Positions 31,013 to 40,360 of a stretch of DNA of 64,000 nucleotides are shown piece by piece. The stretch is from NCBI GenBank assembly GCA_965223415.1, contig OZ245002.1:4960001-5024000 (forward strand), written 5' to 3'. The notes under the pieces were generated by a model that was not told the origin of the DNA, made no database searches, and worked only from the letters and a program-made list of their open reading frames with translations. The stretch comes from Myxococcota bacterium (GTDB lineage Bacteria; Myxococcota_A; UBA9160; UBA6930). The position numbers were made by a program, and so were the translations under genes. The first letter of the stretch is position 1. Every line of letters starts with the position of its first letter.

Positions 31013-32176
31013 TCAGTCGATCAACGAGGCGTGCACCAGGTCCGACAGGCGCTGGTGCCGCTCGGTGGAGCGCGTCTCCTCCATCAGTCCCGTCGACAGG
31101 AACGCGTAGCTGAGCTCCTTCTCGGGATCGACGTGGAAGGCGGTGGACCCTGCGCCGACGCCGCCGAAGCTGCGCGGGCTCGCCAGCGAGCCCAGAGGGG
31201 TGGGATGGGTCCCCTCGCCGCGGAGGAAGAAACCCAGGCCGAGGTAGGCCGGGAAGACCGGCCATCCCCGCGCACCCACCGCGTAGTCCCAGATGTCGTT
31301 GGGCATGTCTCCCGTCTGGTTCCGGGTGGCGAACTCGAGGGTCGCGGGTGAGAGGACGCGCGCGCCGTCCAGCTCCCCGCCGTTGCGGAGCATCTCCGCG
31401 AAGCGCGCGAAGTCGGAGATCGTGGTCACGTAGCCGCCCGCCGGGATCTCGGTCTCGGGCTGGAGCATGACGTTCCAGGCCTCGAGCATGACCGGATCGA
31501 GGAGCCCATCGGAGCGATCGCGCACGACGATCCGGCAGAACCGCTTGCGCAGGTCGTCCGGCAGCCCCAGCGCGGTCTCCGTCATGCCGATCGGGTCGAA
31601 GACCTCCTCCTTCACGATCTGCCGGAACGGGCGGTGCCCGCCGTCCACCCGCCGCACCATCTCCGCCATCACCGCGTGGCCGGGAAGGATCGAGTAGCGC
31701 ACGCGGTCGCCCGGAATCGACTCCGGTGCCGTCGCGCACATGGCGGCCACGAACGCCTGGAGATCGCCCATCGACTGGGGCGGCAGCGTGGGAGGCGGCA
31801 GCGCGGCGATCCCGCTGGTGTGGCTCAGCAGCTGGCCGAGGTTCAAGCGGCCCTTGCCGTTGGCGCCAAACTCCGGGATCACCTCCGCCACCGGCGTGTG
31901 CAGCTGGAGCAGGCCCTTCTCGATGCACTGGAGTACCGCCACGGCGGTCATCTGCTTGCCGGAGGAGAAGGTCGCGAAGACGGCATCGCGCGCGAGCGGG
32001 AGCCCTGCCTCCCGATCGGCGAAGCCTTCGACCACTTCGAGAACAGGCACGCCCCGCCTGTGGATGATCAGGGCGGCGCCGTCGTAGCGCTCCCCCTCGA
32101 TGTCCCGGAGGATCGCCTCACGAACCCGGGCCAGGCGACCCTCGTCGACACCAAGCGAAGCGAGCTGCGCCGTCAC
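31013..32176 (-). CDS. Serine hydrolase, beta-lactamase family
   Basis: FSSGK (SxxK), LLSHTSG and RYS motifs; RBS GAGGAG before GTG. Confidence 0.88.
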   Translation of the reverse strand: MTAQLASLGVDEGRLARVREAILRDIEGERYDGAALIIHRRGVPVLEVVEGFADREAGLPLARDAVFATFSSGKQMTAVAVLQCIEKGLLQLHTPVAEVIPEFGANGKGRLNLGQLLSHTSGIAALPPPTLPPQSMGDLQAFVAAMCATAPESIPGDRVRYSILPGHAVMAEMVRRVDGGHRPFRQIVKEEVFDPIGMTETALGLPDDLRKRFCRIVVRDRSDGLLDPVMLEAWNVMLQPETEIPAGGYVTTISDFARFAEMLRNGGELDGARVLSPATLEFATRNQTGDMPNDIWDYAVGARGWPVFPAYLGLGFFLRGEGTHPTPLGSLASPRSFGGVGAGSTAFHVDPEKELSYAFLSTGLMEETRSTERHQRLSDLVHASLID

Positions 32177-32386
32177 GGTCTCTCCTCTTGTGCGACCCGC
32201 TACAAGGTAGCGGGAACGCCTGGCCTCCGATCCGAATGGGGCGAAACGGTCCATCGGCGCTCGCGCGCACTCGAGAGCCTGCGGTCAGGCGTCGCTAGGC
32301 GTGGTGGCCGCGCCCCGTTGCCATTTCCGAGCCTCCGAGGCCACGTATCCACGGAGGGAGGGGATCTCGCGATCGGAGGGATCCGC

Positions 32387-32923
32387 ATGAAGCCCCTGCT
32401 GCTCGTCGTGCTGGCGGGGGTCGTCGCGTCCTCGGCAGCGGCCGTTCCGCTGAACGTGGTCGAGACGACCGACTTCAACGGCAACCAGCTCTCCCCGACC
32501 GCTGTGGGGACCTTCGACGTGGGTGTGAACACGGTGAGCGGAAGCGTGACCGGCGGCGGCTCCGGCGACTCGATATCGATCCTGCTGCCCAGCGGGCTAC
32601 AGATCACGGCGATCAGTCTCCAGATCTCGAACTTCGTGGCGCCGAGCGGCACCGCCGCGTCTACCGTCTTCTTGGTGTCGCCCTTCACTTTCGTTGAGCA
32701 GCAGCTGCCCAGCGGAAACGGGAGCTTCGCCTTCGCGATGGGTCTGCCCTTCACGGCACCGGACAACTATGGATTCAGCAACCAGAAGACCACCGGGGGG
32801 ATCAGCTTCGACTGGACGTGGAGTGTGACCGTCGTCCCGGAGCCGGCCGGCCGTTGGCTCTTCGCAGTGACGGTGGCGGCGCTCATGGCACTCGCGTGGT
32901 GTCGCCGCGAAGGGTTCTCGTAG
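32387..32923 (+). CDS. Secreted PEP-CTERM protein
   Basis: Signal peptide, Ser/Thr/Gly-rich body, C-terminal VPEPAGRWLFAVTVAALMALAWCRR. Confidence 0.8.
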   Translation: MKPLLLVVLAGVVASSAAAVPLNVVETTDFNGNQLSPTAVGTFDVGVNTVSGSVTGGGSGDSISILLPSGLQITAISLQISNFVAPSGTAASTVFLVSPFTFVEQQLPSGNGSFAFAMGLPFTAPDNYGFSNQKTTGGISFDWTWSVTVVPEPAGRWLFAVTVAALMALAWCRREGFS

Positions 32924-33026
32924 CCCACCTGGCCCGCTCCGTCCGTACGCCGAGACGCCACCGCCGCGAACCCGCCGCTCCGGTACCGTCGAGACCCGGC
33001 GCGCAGTGACCCATCGACAGGACCGC

Positions 33027-33359
33027 ATGCGCTACCTGACCCTACTCGCCCTCACGGTCGGCCTGCTCGCCGGCCCGGCACCCATCCATGCGGACGCTGC
33101 CACTCCGAAGGCCCGCTCCGCCCCCGCGGCCGCCAAGACCGCACCCGCGCGGGCCATCCAGAAGCCGAAGGCAAACACAAGGAAGCTCGTTCCGGCCACC
33201 GCCGTGAAGTCCGCTCAGGAGCAGGACGAGATCGAGGACAAGATCAACTTCGAGATCGAGAGCGGTCAGTCCACGGGCAGTGGGGAACAGAGGCTCCGTG
33301 GAGCCGCGAGCAAGAAGCAGGAGGACTCGGAGAAAGCCACTCTCCAGAGGATCAAATGA
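33027..33359 (+). CDS. Small secreted hypothetical protein
   Basis: Signal peptide, Ala/Pro/Lys linker, C-terminal helix EDKINFEIE...SKKQEDSEKATLQRIK. Confidence 0.6.
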   Translation: MRYLTLLALTVGLLAGPAPIHADAATPKARSAPAAAKTAPARAIQKPKANTRKLVPATAVKSAQEQDEIEDKINFEIESGQSTGSGEQRLRGAASKKQEDSEKATLQRIK

Positions 33360-33445
33360 GGTGGTAGCGCCTCGAACGATACCGCGTCCCCCTTTGCTGG
33401 GTTGACACATTCGGGTTAGGAAATCCCCTTCGCAGAGAGGGGAAG

Positions 33446-33856
33446 ATGAGCAGGAAGCAGAGCAGGAGTCGAAGGGGTTCGGGGTCGCCGAGGGGCGGAG
33501 CCGAGCGGAGCGAGGCGGAGGCCCTCGGCGACCCCGTGCGCGGCCGGCCGGGTCGTCGTAGCACCGAGGAGCGGACAGAGGCGGTGCTGGAGCTCTTGAG
33601 CGGCAAGGCCAGCGTGGACCAGATTGCCCGGCGTTTCGGCGTTCGCGCGAGCACGGTGGAGGGCTGGCGGGAGCAGGCGATGGAGGGCATCGGCCAGGCG
33701 CTGCGCCAGGGCTCGGGCAAGTCGGCCCGGGAGCTGCAGCTGGAGAAGGAGCTCGGGAGCCTGGAGAAGGCCTTCACGCACCTGGCGATCAAGCACGAGC
33801 TGGTGGATCGGGCGCTCAAGGACCGCCCTTCACGGCCCGGGAGGTCTCGACGATGA
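33446..33856 (+). CDS. IS3-type OrfA (HTH)
   Basis: EERTEAVLELLSGKASVDQIARRFGVRASTVEGWR followed by a coiled coil. Confidence 0.82.
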   Translation: MSRKQSRSRRGSGSPRGGAERSEAEALGDPVRGRPGRRSTEERTEAVLELLSGKASVDQIARRFGVRASTVEGWREQAMEGIGQALRQGSGKSARELQLEKELGSLEKAFTHLAIKHELVDRALKDRPSRPGRSRR

Positions 33857-34740
33857 GCCTCACCACGTCCCGGGGTGAGGCCAGGGTGGGGCAGCTGTGC
33901 GAGGCCTTCGGGATCTCGCGCCAGGCGTACTACACGGCGCGCAAGGCGCCGTCCTCGGCGCAGGAGCCGGAAGCCCTCCGGCGTCCGGAGCGCCGGGGGC
34001 CGTGGGTCTCGGATGCGACGCTGATCGAGAAGATCAAGGACGTGGTGGCCGAGTTTCCGGCCTGGGGCGTTCGCAAGGTCTGGGCGTACCTGCGGCGGCT
34101 GGGGACGGTCGTGTCGCGCAAGCGGGTCTGGAAGCGGATGAAGGCCTTGGGGCTTTGCCTGCCGCCGATCTCGGAGCGGGCCCAGCCGCTCCAGGGAGGG
34201 CATGTGGCGGTGCCGGAATCGAACCGGCGCTGGGCCACGGACCTGACGACGACCTGGACGGCCCAGGAGGGCACCGTAGCCTTGGTCCCGGTCATCGACT
34301 GCGGCGACCGGGTGGTGTTCGACGTCGAGGTGACGAAGTCCCAGGAGTCGCCCGCCGTCCTGGCGCCGGTCGAACGGAGCCTCGAAGAGGCCTTCGGGTC
34401 GCGCGCGTCGGTGCCCGAGGGGCTGGAGCTTCGCAGCGACCACGGGCCGCAGTACACGGGCTCGGACTGCGAGGCCCTCTGCAAGGCCTGGCGCCTCGAC
34501 CACACGTTCGCGCCCGTGGGCCGACCCACGGGCAACGCCGTCGCCGAGCGCTTCATCCAGACGCTGAAGGTGGAGCTGATCTGGACGCAAGACTGGCAGA
34601 CCGTCGCCGAGCTTCGCGAGGCCGTGAAGCAGTGGCTGCACGTCTACAACCACGTCCGGCCTCACCAAGCTCTCGGCTGGATGACGCCTGCCGAGAAACG
34701 AGCCGAGAACCTCGGTATCGAGTTCAACCAGGCCGCTTGA
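33853..34740 (+). CDS. IS3-type OrfB (rve DDE transposase)
   Basis: WATDLT, LRSDHGPQY, NAVAERFIQTLK and YNHVRPHQALG. Confidence 0.9.
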   Translation: MSLTTSRGEARVGQLCEAFGISRQAYYTARKAPSSAQEPEALRRPERRGPWVSDATLIEKIKDVVAEFPAWGVRKVWAYLRRLGTVVSRKRVWKRMKALGLCLPPISERAQPLQGGHVAVPESNRRWATDLTTTWTAQEGTVALVPVIDCGDRVVFDVEVTKSQESPAVLAPVERSLEEAFGSRASVPEGLELRSDHGPQYTGSDCEALCKAWRLDHTFAPVGRPTGNAVAERFIQTLKVELIWTQDWQTVAELREAVKQWLHVYNHVRPHQALGWMTPAEKRAENLGIEFNQAA

Positions 34741-35266
34741 GGCCGCAACCAGGAGGGGATTCCCAGCTCAGATCGTGTCAACCGCCAGGGGGGACAGGGC
34801 AAGGTCGACATTCTACTCGGATGAACCCAACCAAGGAACGGCCTGTCCTCCACCCGCCCCCCGCAAACGGGGTGGTGAACCGCCAGGGTTTGCCGATGGC
34901 TCCATTCGTTCAGAGGACGGAGTGATGGAAAGAACGAGCGGGTTTTCAAGGGATGTCCGCGAGCGACGACTACCTGGATTTGAATGCGATACAGCTGAGC
35001 CAAAGACCTCCTGTTGAACGCACTCACCTCTGAGAAAGCACCAGGGAAGCGCCGGAAAGGGTTGAGCGGGTCCTCGCGGGCGATCTGCGAGGGCTGCCCT
35101 GCGCTGTCAACGCCCGCCCGTGTGGACCAGCGTTGGTCGGGCGGTCTATGCGAGTATGCGGGTCCTGATGTCCGAGAGGCCCCGCCACGAGCTGCTTCAT
35201 TCGGGCCAGATCGCGCAGGGCGAACAGCCGGGGCCCTCCCCGATCAGAGGTGTACCGTGTTGGTCC

Positions 35267-37657
35267 ATGCGGGGGATGCTCAGACGGAAGCCCGTAGCCC
35301 TCACGGTCGCCCTCGCCTTCGCAGCCTGCACGCCGGCCCAAGAGCGCTCCCAGCAGTCGCGCGATGCCGTCGGCGAGGCCATCGAGCGGGGCGACCGAGA
35401 GGCTGCGCTCGACGCCATTAGCGATCTGCGTGCCTGGGCCCCCGACACCGCGGACGCTCAGCTCGAGATTGCACTGCTCCTCGTGCAGGCCGGCAATGCA
35501 CCGGAGGCCGGCTGGCTTCTGGAGGACGCCGTCCGCCGCCACCCGGACCGAGCCGACCTGGCATTGGTCCTCGCCCGCGTCTCGCTACTGCTCGGCAACC
35601 CGACCCGCGCGCGCGCGATGGCGGGCGGCATCGACCCCGGCGCCCCGGAGCACGGGGCCGCCCTGATCGTGCGCGGCCAGGCCGAGCTGCATCTCGGCGA
35701 CCTGGAGCAGGCGCTCGACACCCTCGGCGAGGCCGAGCGCCTCTATCCCGACCAGCCGGAGGCGCGGCTGGTGCGCATCGCCACCTTGCTCTCCGAGCAC
35801 CGCCAGGACGAGGCCCGTACCGCCATCGCGGAGGCCCGGGCCGGCCTCGAAGGCCACGACGAGGAGACCGTGGCGCTACGCCGTCACCTCGACCTGACCC
35901 TCGCCCAGATCCAGGCACAGCAGGGCGAGGCCGAGGTCGCCCTCACCAGCCTGGAAGGCCTCCTCGCATCCGACCCCAGCGACCTGCTGGCCTGGCGAGC
36001 CCTCGTCCAGGTGCTGGCGCAGCAGGAGCGAGCCGAGGAGGCGCTTAGCCGGCTCGAGGCAGCCCTCGCCGCGGAGGAGCCCCTCGCGGACCTCTACGCC
36101 CTGGCGGCCCAGATGTACGCGATGCTCGGTCACGACGAGGAAGCCGAGGCGGCACTGCGTACCTTCATGGCGCGTTCGGAGTCGGCCGCGGCGGTGCTCC
36201 CCCTCTTGCAGTTCCACTCTGCGCGCCGGGACGCTGAGGCCGCACGCCAGGTGCTCGACGAGGCGATCGCCCGCACCCCCGACGCGTCCACGCTGAGGCT
36301 GCTGCGCACCGAGACGCTGCTCGCACAGGACGAGGACGCCGAGGCCCGTGCCGAGTTCGCCCGCTTCCGCGACGCCACCTTCGAGGACGACCCGCAGATC
36401 GAGTACCTGCGCGCCCGCTTCGAGCTGGCCGATGGGGACGCCGACGGCGCCGCGAACCGGCTCCGCAACCTCGCCCCCCGCCTGGACCGAGCCCCCACCC
36501 ACTTCTGGCTTGGCCGGGCCCTGGAGGAGCGGGGCGACATCGAGGGGGCACGCCGCCGCTACGCGCTCGCCCAGCGCCGCGACCCCCACTGGGCCGCTCC
36601 CGGGGCGGCCCTCATCGCCCTGGAGCAGCGCCGGGGCGACTGGCGGGCCGTGGCCGGCCAGGCCCGGCTGCACGTGCAGCACAGCCCGCAGGAGATAGGC
36701 GTCTGGATCGCGCTGGTCGAGGCGCTGGAGAACCTCGGTGAAGGAGCGGCGGCCGAGCAGGTGGCGCGCCGATTCCTGGAGCAGTCCCCGGACCGAGCCG
36801 AGCCCCATGTGCTGCTGGCGAAGGCGCTGCGCGCCCAGGGCAAGACCGACGAGGCGCTGGCTGCGCTCGACGAAGCTGAGCGCATCGAGGCGAGCCCCGA
36901 GCTGGCCGCCGAGCGCATCCTCACGCTGGGCATGGGCGGGCGGGTGGAGGACGGGGTCGCCGTAGCCCGTACGGCGCTCGCCGCCGACTCCGACTCCGCG
37001 GACCTCCACGCAGCGCTCGCGGCGCTGCTCTTCGCGTCGGAGGCAGCGCAGGAGGGCGCAGAAGCCACCGACCGCGCTCTCGCACTCGACCCCGACGAGC
37101 CCGGCCCGCTCCGCATCCGCTGCGAGTTCCGCGTGGCTACCGGGGATTGGCGGGGCGCCCGGGACGACTGCACCCGCTACCTCGCGGCGCGCCCCGACGG
37201 CACCAGGGCCCACTTCATGCTGGGGCTCGCCCATGCCGGGCTCGGCGACGCCGACGCAGCGATCGCCGCCTACCGACGCGCGGCCCAGCTCGACGAGCGC
37301 GATGCGCGGTCCCGCAACAACCTGGCGGAGCTGCTCGCGGCCCAGGGGGACCTCGACGGGGCGCTGGCCGCGGCGCAGGAGGCGTACCGTCTCGACGAGC
37401 AGAACCCCTACGTGAAGGACACCCTGGGCGCGCTCTACCTGCGCAAGAGGCTGCCCGGCCGCGCCGTCTCGCTACTGGAGGAGGCGCACGCCAGGCTGCC
37501 CGAGATGGGAGAAGTGACGCTCAACCTGGCGCTCGCGTACCGCGACGCGGGGCGCAGGGAGGAGGCCCGAGCGCTCCTGACGGATCTCCAGCCAAGCGTC
37601 GCCGGGAACGCGGCGCTGGAGCCGCAGGTCGAGGAGGCGCTCCGCTCGCTGCAATGA
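35267..37657 (+). CDS. Long TPR-repeat lipoprotein
   Basis: LAFAAC lipobox-like; many TPRs; C-terminal RNNLA...DTLG pattern as in PrsT-like proteins. Confidence 0.75.
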   Translation: MRGMLRRKPVALTVALAFAACTPAQERSQQSRDAVGEAIERGDREAALDAISDLRAWAPDTADAQLEIALLLVQAGNAPEAGWLLEDAVRRHPDRADLALVLARVSLLLGNPTRARAMAGGIDPGAPEHGAALIVRGQAELHLGDLEQALDTLGEAERLYPDQPEARLVRIATLLSEHRQDEARTAIAEARAGLEGHDEETVALRRHLDLTLAQIQAQQGEAEVALTSLEGLLASDPSDLLAWRALVQVLAQQERAEEALSRLEAALAAEEPLADLYALAAQMYAMLGHDEEAEAALRTFMARSESAAAVLPLLQFHSARRDAEAARQVLDEAIARTPDASTLRLLRTETLLAQDEDAEARAEFARFRDATFEDDPQIEYLRARFELADGDADGAANRLRNLAPRLDRAPTHFWLGRALEERGDIEGARRRYALAQRRDPHWAAPGAALIALEQRRGDWRAVAGQARLHVQHSPQEIGVWIALVEALENLGEGAAAEQVARRFLEQSPDRAEPHVLLAKALRAQGKTDEALAALDEAERIEASPELAAERILTLGMGGRVEDGVAVARTALAADSDSADLHAALAALLFASEAAQEGAEATDRALALDPDEPGPLRIRCEFRVATGDWRGARDDCTRYLAARPDGTRAHFMLGLAHAGLGDADAAIAAYRRAAQLDERDARSRNNLAELLAAQGDLDGALAAAQEAYRLDEQNPYVKDTLGALYLRKRLPGRAVSLLEEAHARLPEMGEVTLNLALAYRDAGRREEARALLTDLQPSVAGNAALEPQVEEALRSLQ

Positions 37658-39024
37658 GCCGCGGTCCCATGGCACTCCTGAAGGCGCTTCTCCTCCCGGT
37701 GGCCCTGGCCCTCGTTCTCGCCTGCGGTCGGCCGGTGGCGCCGTCCGAGATCCCCGAACGGCTCGGCGCGCTCGGCCAGCCGAACCTCGTCCTGATCGTC
37801 GTGGACACGCTACGCGCCGACTACACCACGCCCTACGGCTTCGAGCAGGACACCTCCCCCGAGCTGGCCGCCTGGGCCTCGCGCGGGGTGCTCTTCGAGC
37901 GCGCCCGCTCCCAGTCCTCCTGGACCAAGATCTCGATGGCCTCGCTCATGACCTCGCTCTGGCCGCGCAGCCACGGCATCCGGGAGACGCAGGACGGCTT
38001 GGCGGAGGAGGCGCTTACATTGGCCGAGGTGCTCCGGGACGCCGGCTACGCGACCTTTGGCGTCCAGACCAACGGCTGGCTTCACCAGAGCTTCGGATTC
38101 CACCAGGGCTTCGACCGCTACATGTTCCCCGCCACCGGCGGCGATCCACGCCTCGGGCGGGCCTCCCTCTGGCCCCACGCGAACCGCGTGATCGAGGAAT
38201 CGCAGCGCCTGCTCGACGCCCATGATCCGAGTCGGCCCTTCTTCCTGTACCTCCACTTCATGGACGTGCACGAGTACGCGGCCCCACCCAACCGAAAGGC
38301 ATTCGGAACCGACAACCGGGGCGCCTACCTGGCAGCGATCCGCTGGGTGGACGACGCGGTGGAGCGCGTCCGCGGTCAGCTGGACGATGAGGGGCTCCTG
38401 GACCGCACGGTGATCGTGCTCGGGTCCGACCACGGCGAGACCTTCGGCGAGCACGGCGTCCACGGCCACGCGCGCAACGTCCTGACGCCCGTGGTGTCGG
38501 TGCCGCTCGTGCTCCGCCTCCCGTTCCGGGTGGAGCCCCCGGTTCGCGTGACGACGCAGGTGCGCAACGTCGATGTGGCGCCCACGCTCCTGGAGCTTGC
38601 GGGAGTGCCAGTGCCGGCGGGCTACGAGGGTCGATCCCTGGTCCCGCTGATGACGAGCGCGGCCGCAGAGCCCGACCGCACGACGTACGCGGCGCTGGGC
38701 GTCCCGCTGTTTCCCGATGCCTCGGTGCAGACCGCCCTCTCCGATGGTAGGTGGACCTACGCGCGCAACATGATCGCCCCCGATGGCGATCCGGACGCCT
38801 ACGAGGCCAAGGCGGTCACGCCGGGCGCCGAGTTCCTGTTCGATCGGCGCGTAGATCCCGGCGAGAACGTCAACCTGATGAAGCGCGAGGGAGACGAGGC
38901 GCAGCGCATGCGCACGCGGATGGATGCCCACCTAGTCGCGCGGGACGGAGGCGTCGTCGAGAAGGGGGTCCGCATCGACCCGTCGATCGCCGAGCGACTG
39001 CGTGCCATGGGCTATCTCCGCTAG
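37654..39024 (+). CDS. Sulfatase-family protein, probable lipoprotein
   Basis: PNLVLIVVDTLRAD, SSWTKISMASLMT, FFLYLHFMDVH, SDHGE and LRAMGY; ATGA overlap with the TPR gene. Confidence 0.88.
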   Translation: MSRGPMALLKALLLPVALALVLACGRPVAPSEIPERLGALGQPNLVLIVVDTLRADYTTPYGFEQDTSPELAAWASRGVLFERARSQSSWTKISMASLMTSLWPRSHGIRETQDGLAEEALTLAEVLRDAGYATFGVQTNGWLHQSFGFHQGFDRYMFPATGGDPRLGRASLWPHANRVIEESQRLLDAHDPSRPFFLYLHFMDVHEYAAPPNRKAFGTDNRGAYLAAIRWVDDAVERVRGQLDDEGLLDRTVIVLGSDHGETFGEHGVHGHARNVLTPVVSVPLVLRLPFRVEPPVRVTTQVRNVDVAPTLLELAGVPVPAGYEGRSLVPLMTSAAAEPDRTTYAALGVPLFPDASVQTALSDGRWTYARNMIAPDGDPDAYEAKAVTPGAEFLFDRRVDPGENVNLMKREGDEAQRMRTRMDAHLVARDGGVVEKGVRIDPSIAERLRAMGYLR

Positions 39025-39153
39025 GCCTCGGACCGCGCCGTTCTGGCGTCCCTACGGCGGCGGCCGGAGGTACCAGACTCCCCAAGCCTGGGAAGCGTTT
39101 TCACAGCACCGACATGCGGGAGCCGCCCCGTCGGCGCCGCGCGTCCGTCGCCC

Positions 39154-39963
39154 CTACGTCCGCGAGCTTGTGATGCGGCAACGGAGACTGGACGCAATCT
39201 TCCGGAGAGGGGCGCCACGGCGCGTAAGCGCGCCAAAGCCGAGCAATCCAAGAAGGGCCGTGGCAAACAAGGGAGTCCGGGTGGGCTCCGGCACGTTGAT
39301 CTCCATTCCCGTGACGTTCACTGCCCCGCCTCCAGCAAGCGCAACGCCCAGGGATGCTCCGCCTGTGAAGGACGATCCGATGATGGAGTTGAGGAAGCCC
39401 CGGCTGGTTGCTGTCGAAACGGCGTTATGCGCGAATCCAGTGAGCGGAGTGCCTGCCAGCGTCGGGCCGCTTGCGACACTCGCATTCTGCGCAGTGGCGT
39501 TGTGGCGCGTTATATGGTGCCAGCTGGACCTGTATGCTTGCCGTCTGCTTTGGTGAAACAGAGTTCCGAAGCTGGCCGTTACTCCCGAAAGCAACCGGAG
39601 CACGAACGGCTGCGAAACGAATAGGGAAGACTGGCTCCCCACGGCAGTCACGTGCCCGGCGAGACTGATGGTGGTAAGCCGTGGCGTACACCCCGACGGA
39701 CACGAAAAGATCCTTGAATGATCTCCGACAAGTGGATTCGGCGCTGGTCCGGTGTTGTGGTCGACAAGTCTTCTCTCGGCTCCGAAGTAGCGGACCTTCC
39801 AAGTACCTGTCGAGAGAGTTCCGGAGGTTCCGTCGCCCAGAGCGAAGGTCCCACCTGTGATCTGATACTGCGCGCCGATATCCGCGCCTTCGGACGGCTG
39901 TCCAAGCACGGCGACCACAAGAAGCACGAGAGTCGATCGACACTTCTTGGCTTTCGGACTCAT
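39154..39963 (-). CDS. Secreted PEP-CTERM protein, lower GC than its neighbours
   Basis: Signal peptide; C-terminal VPEPTRTPLFATALLGLLGFGALTRR. Confidence 0.7.
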   Translation of the reverse strand: MSPKAKKCRSTLVLLVVAVLGQPSEGADIGAQYQITGGTFALGDGTSGTLSTGTWKVRYFGAERRLVDHNTGPAPNPLVGDHSRIFSCPSGCTPRLTTISLAGHVTAVGSQSSLFVSQPFVLRLLSGVTASFGTLFHQSRRQAYRSSWHHITRHNATAQNASVASGPTLAGTPLTGFAHNAVSTATSRGFLNSIIGSSFTGGASLGVALAGGGAVNVTGMEINVPEPTRTPLFATALLGLLGFGALTRRGAPLRKIASSLRCRITSSRT

Positions 39964-40239
39964 GTTTCTCCCTTCCCAGGCAGCGTCGATTCTGCCACAC
40001 GAATCCGCGACGAGGCAAACCGATGGGGAATGAGGGAGCGACTGACGGCGCACGCCCTCCACTTCACCCCCCGAGTTACAACCTCCCCTGCGGGCTCGGT
40101 CTCCCGGCTCTCAGAGGGCCGAGGAAGCGCTGAGGAAGCAGTAGCAGGGGAATGCGTGGGAACACGCGGGACGTCTAGGGAACTGCGGTAGCTGCATACC
40201 CTTGCGAGGATGGGCTCTTACGGCCTCTCCGCTAAGTGC

Positions 40240-40316
40240 TGGTCGGGCCGGGGAGATTCGAACTCCCGACCTCCTGAACCCCATTCAGGCGCGCTACCAA
40301 GCTGCGCTACGGCCCG
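40240..40316 (-). tRNA. tRNA-Pro(GGG)
   Basis: CGGGCCGTAGCGCAGCTTGGTAGCGCGCCTGAATGGGGTTCAGGAGGTCGGGAGTTCGAATCTCCCCGGCCCGACCA; anticodon GGG. Confidence 0.96.
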
Positions 40317-40360
40317 ACCGGAGGAGGAGTAGCCCCCCGCCCAGGGTCTGTCGACCGCGG

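Larger units (their letters stand above)
33385..34796 (+). mobile_element. IS3-family-like insertion sequence
   Basis: Imperfect IRs CGTCCCCCTTTGCTGGGTTGACAC and GTGTCAACCGCCAGGGGGGACA; OrfA + OrfB; no target duplication visible. Confidence 0.8.

Noticed and set aside
35134..35142. TGGTCGGGC matching the tRNA-Pro 3' end as an att site
   Set aside because: Only 9 bp in GC-rich DNA and no integrase nearby.
39983..39997. Sigma54 promoter (TGGCAG...ACGC, minus strand) for the PEP-CTERM gene
   Set aside because: GG-N10-GC spacing fits, but the -12 element lacks TTGC and lies very close to the start codon.
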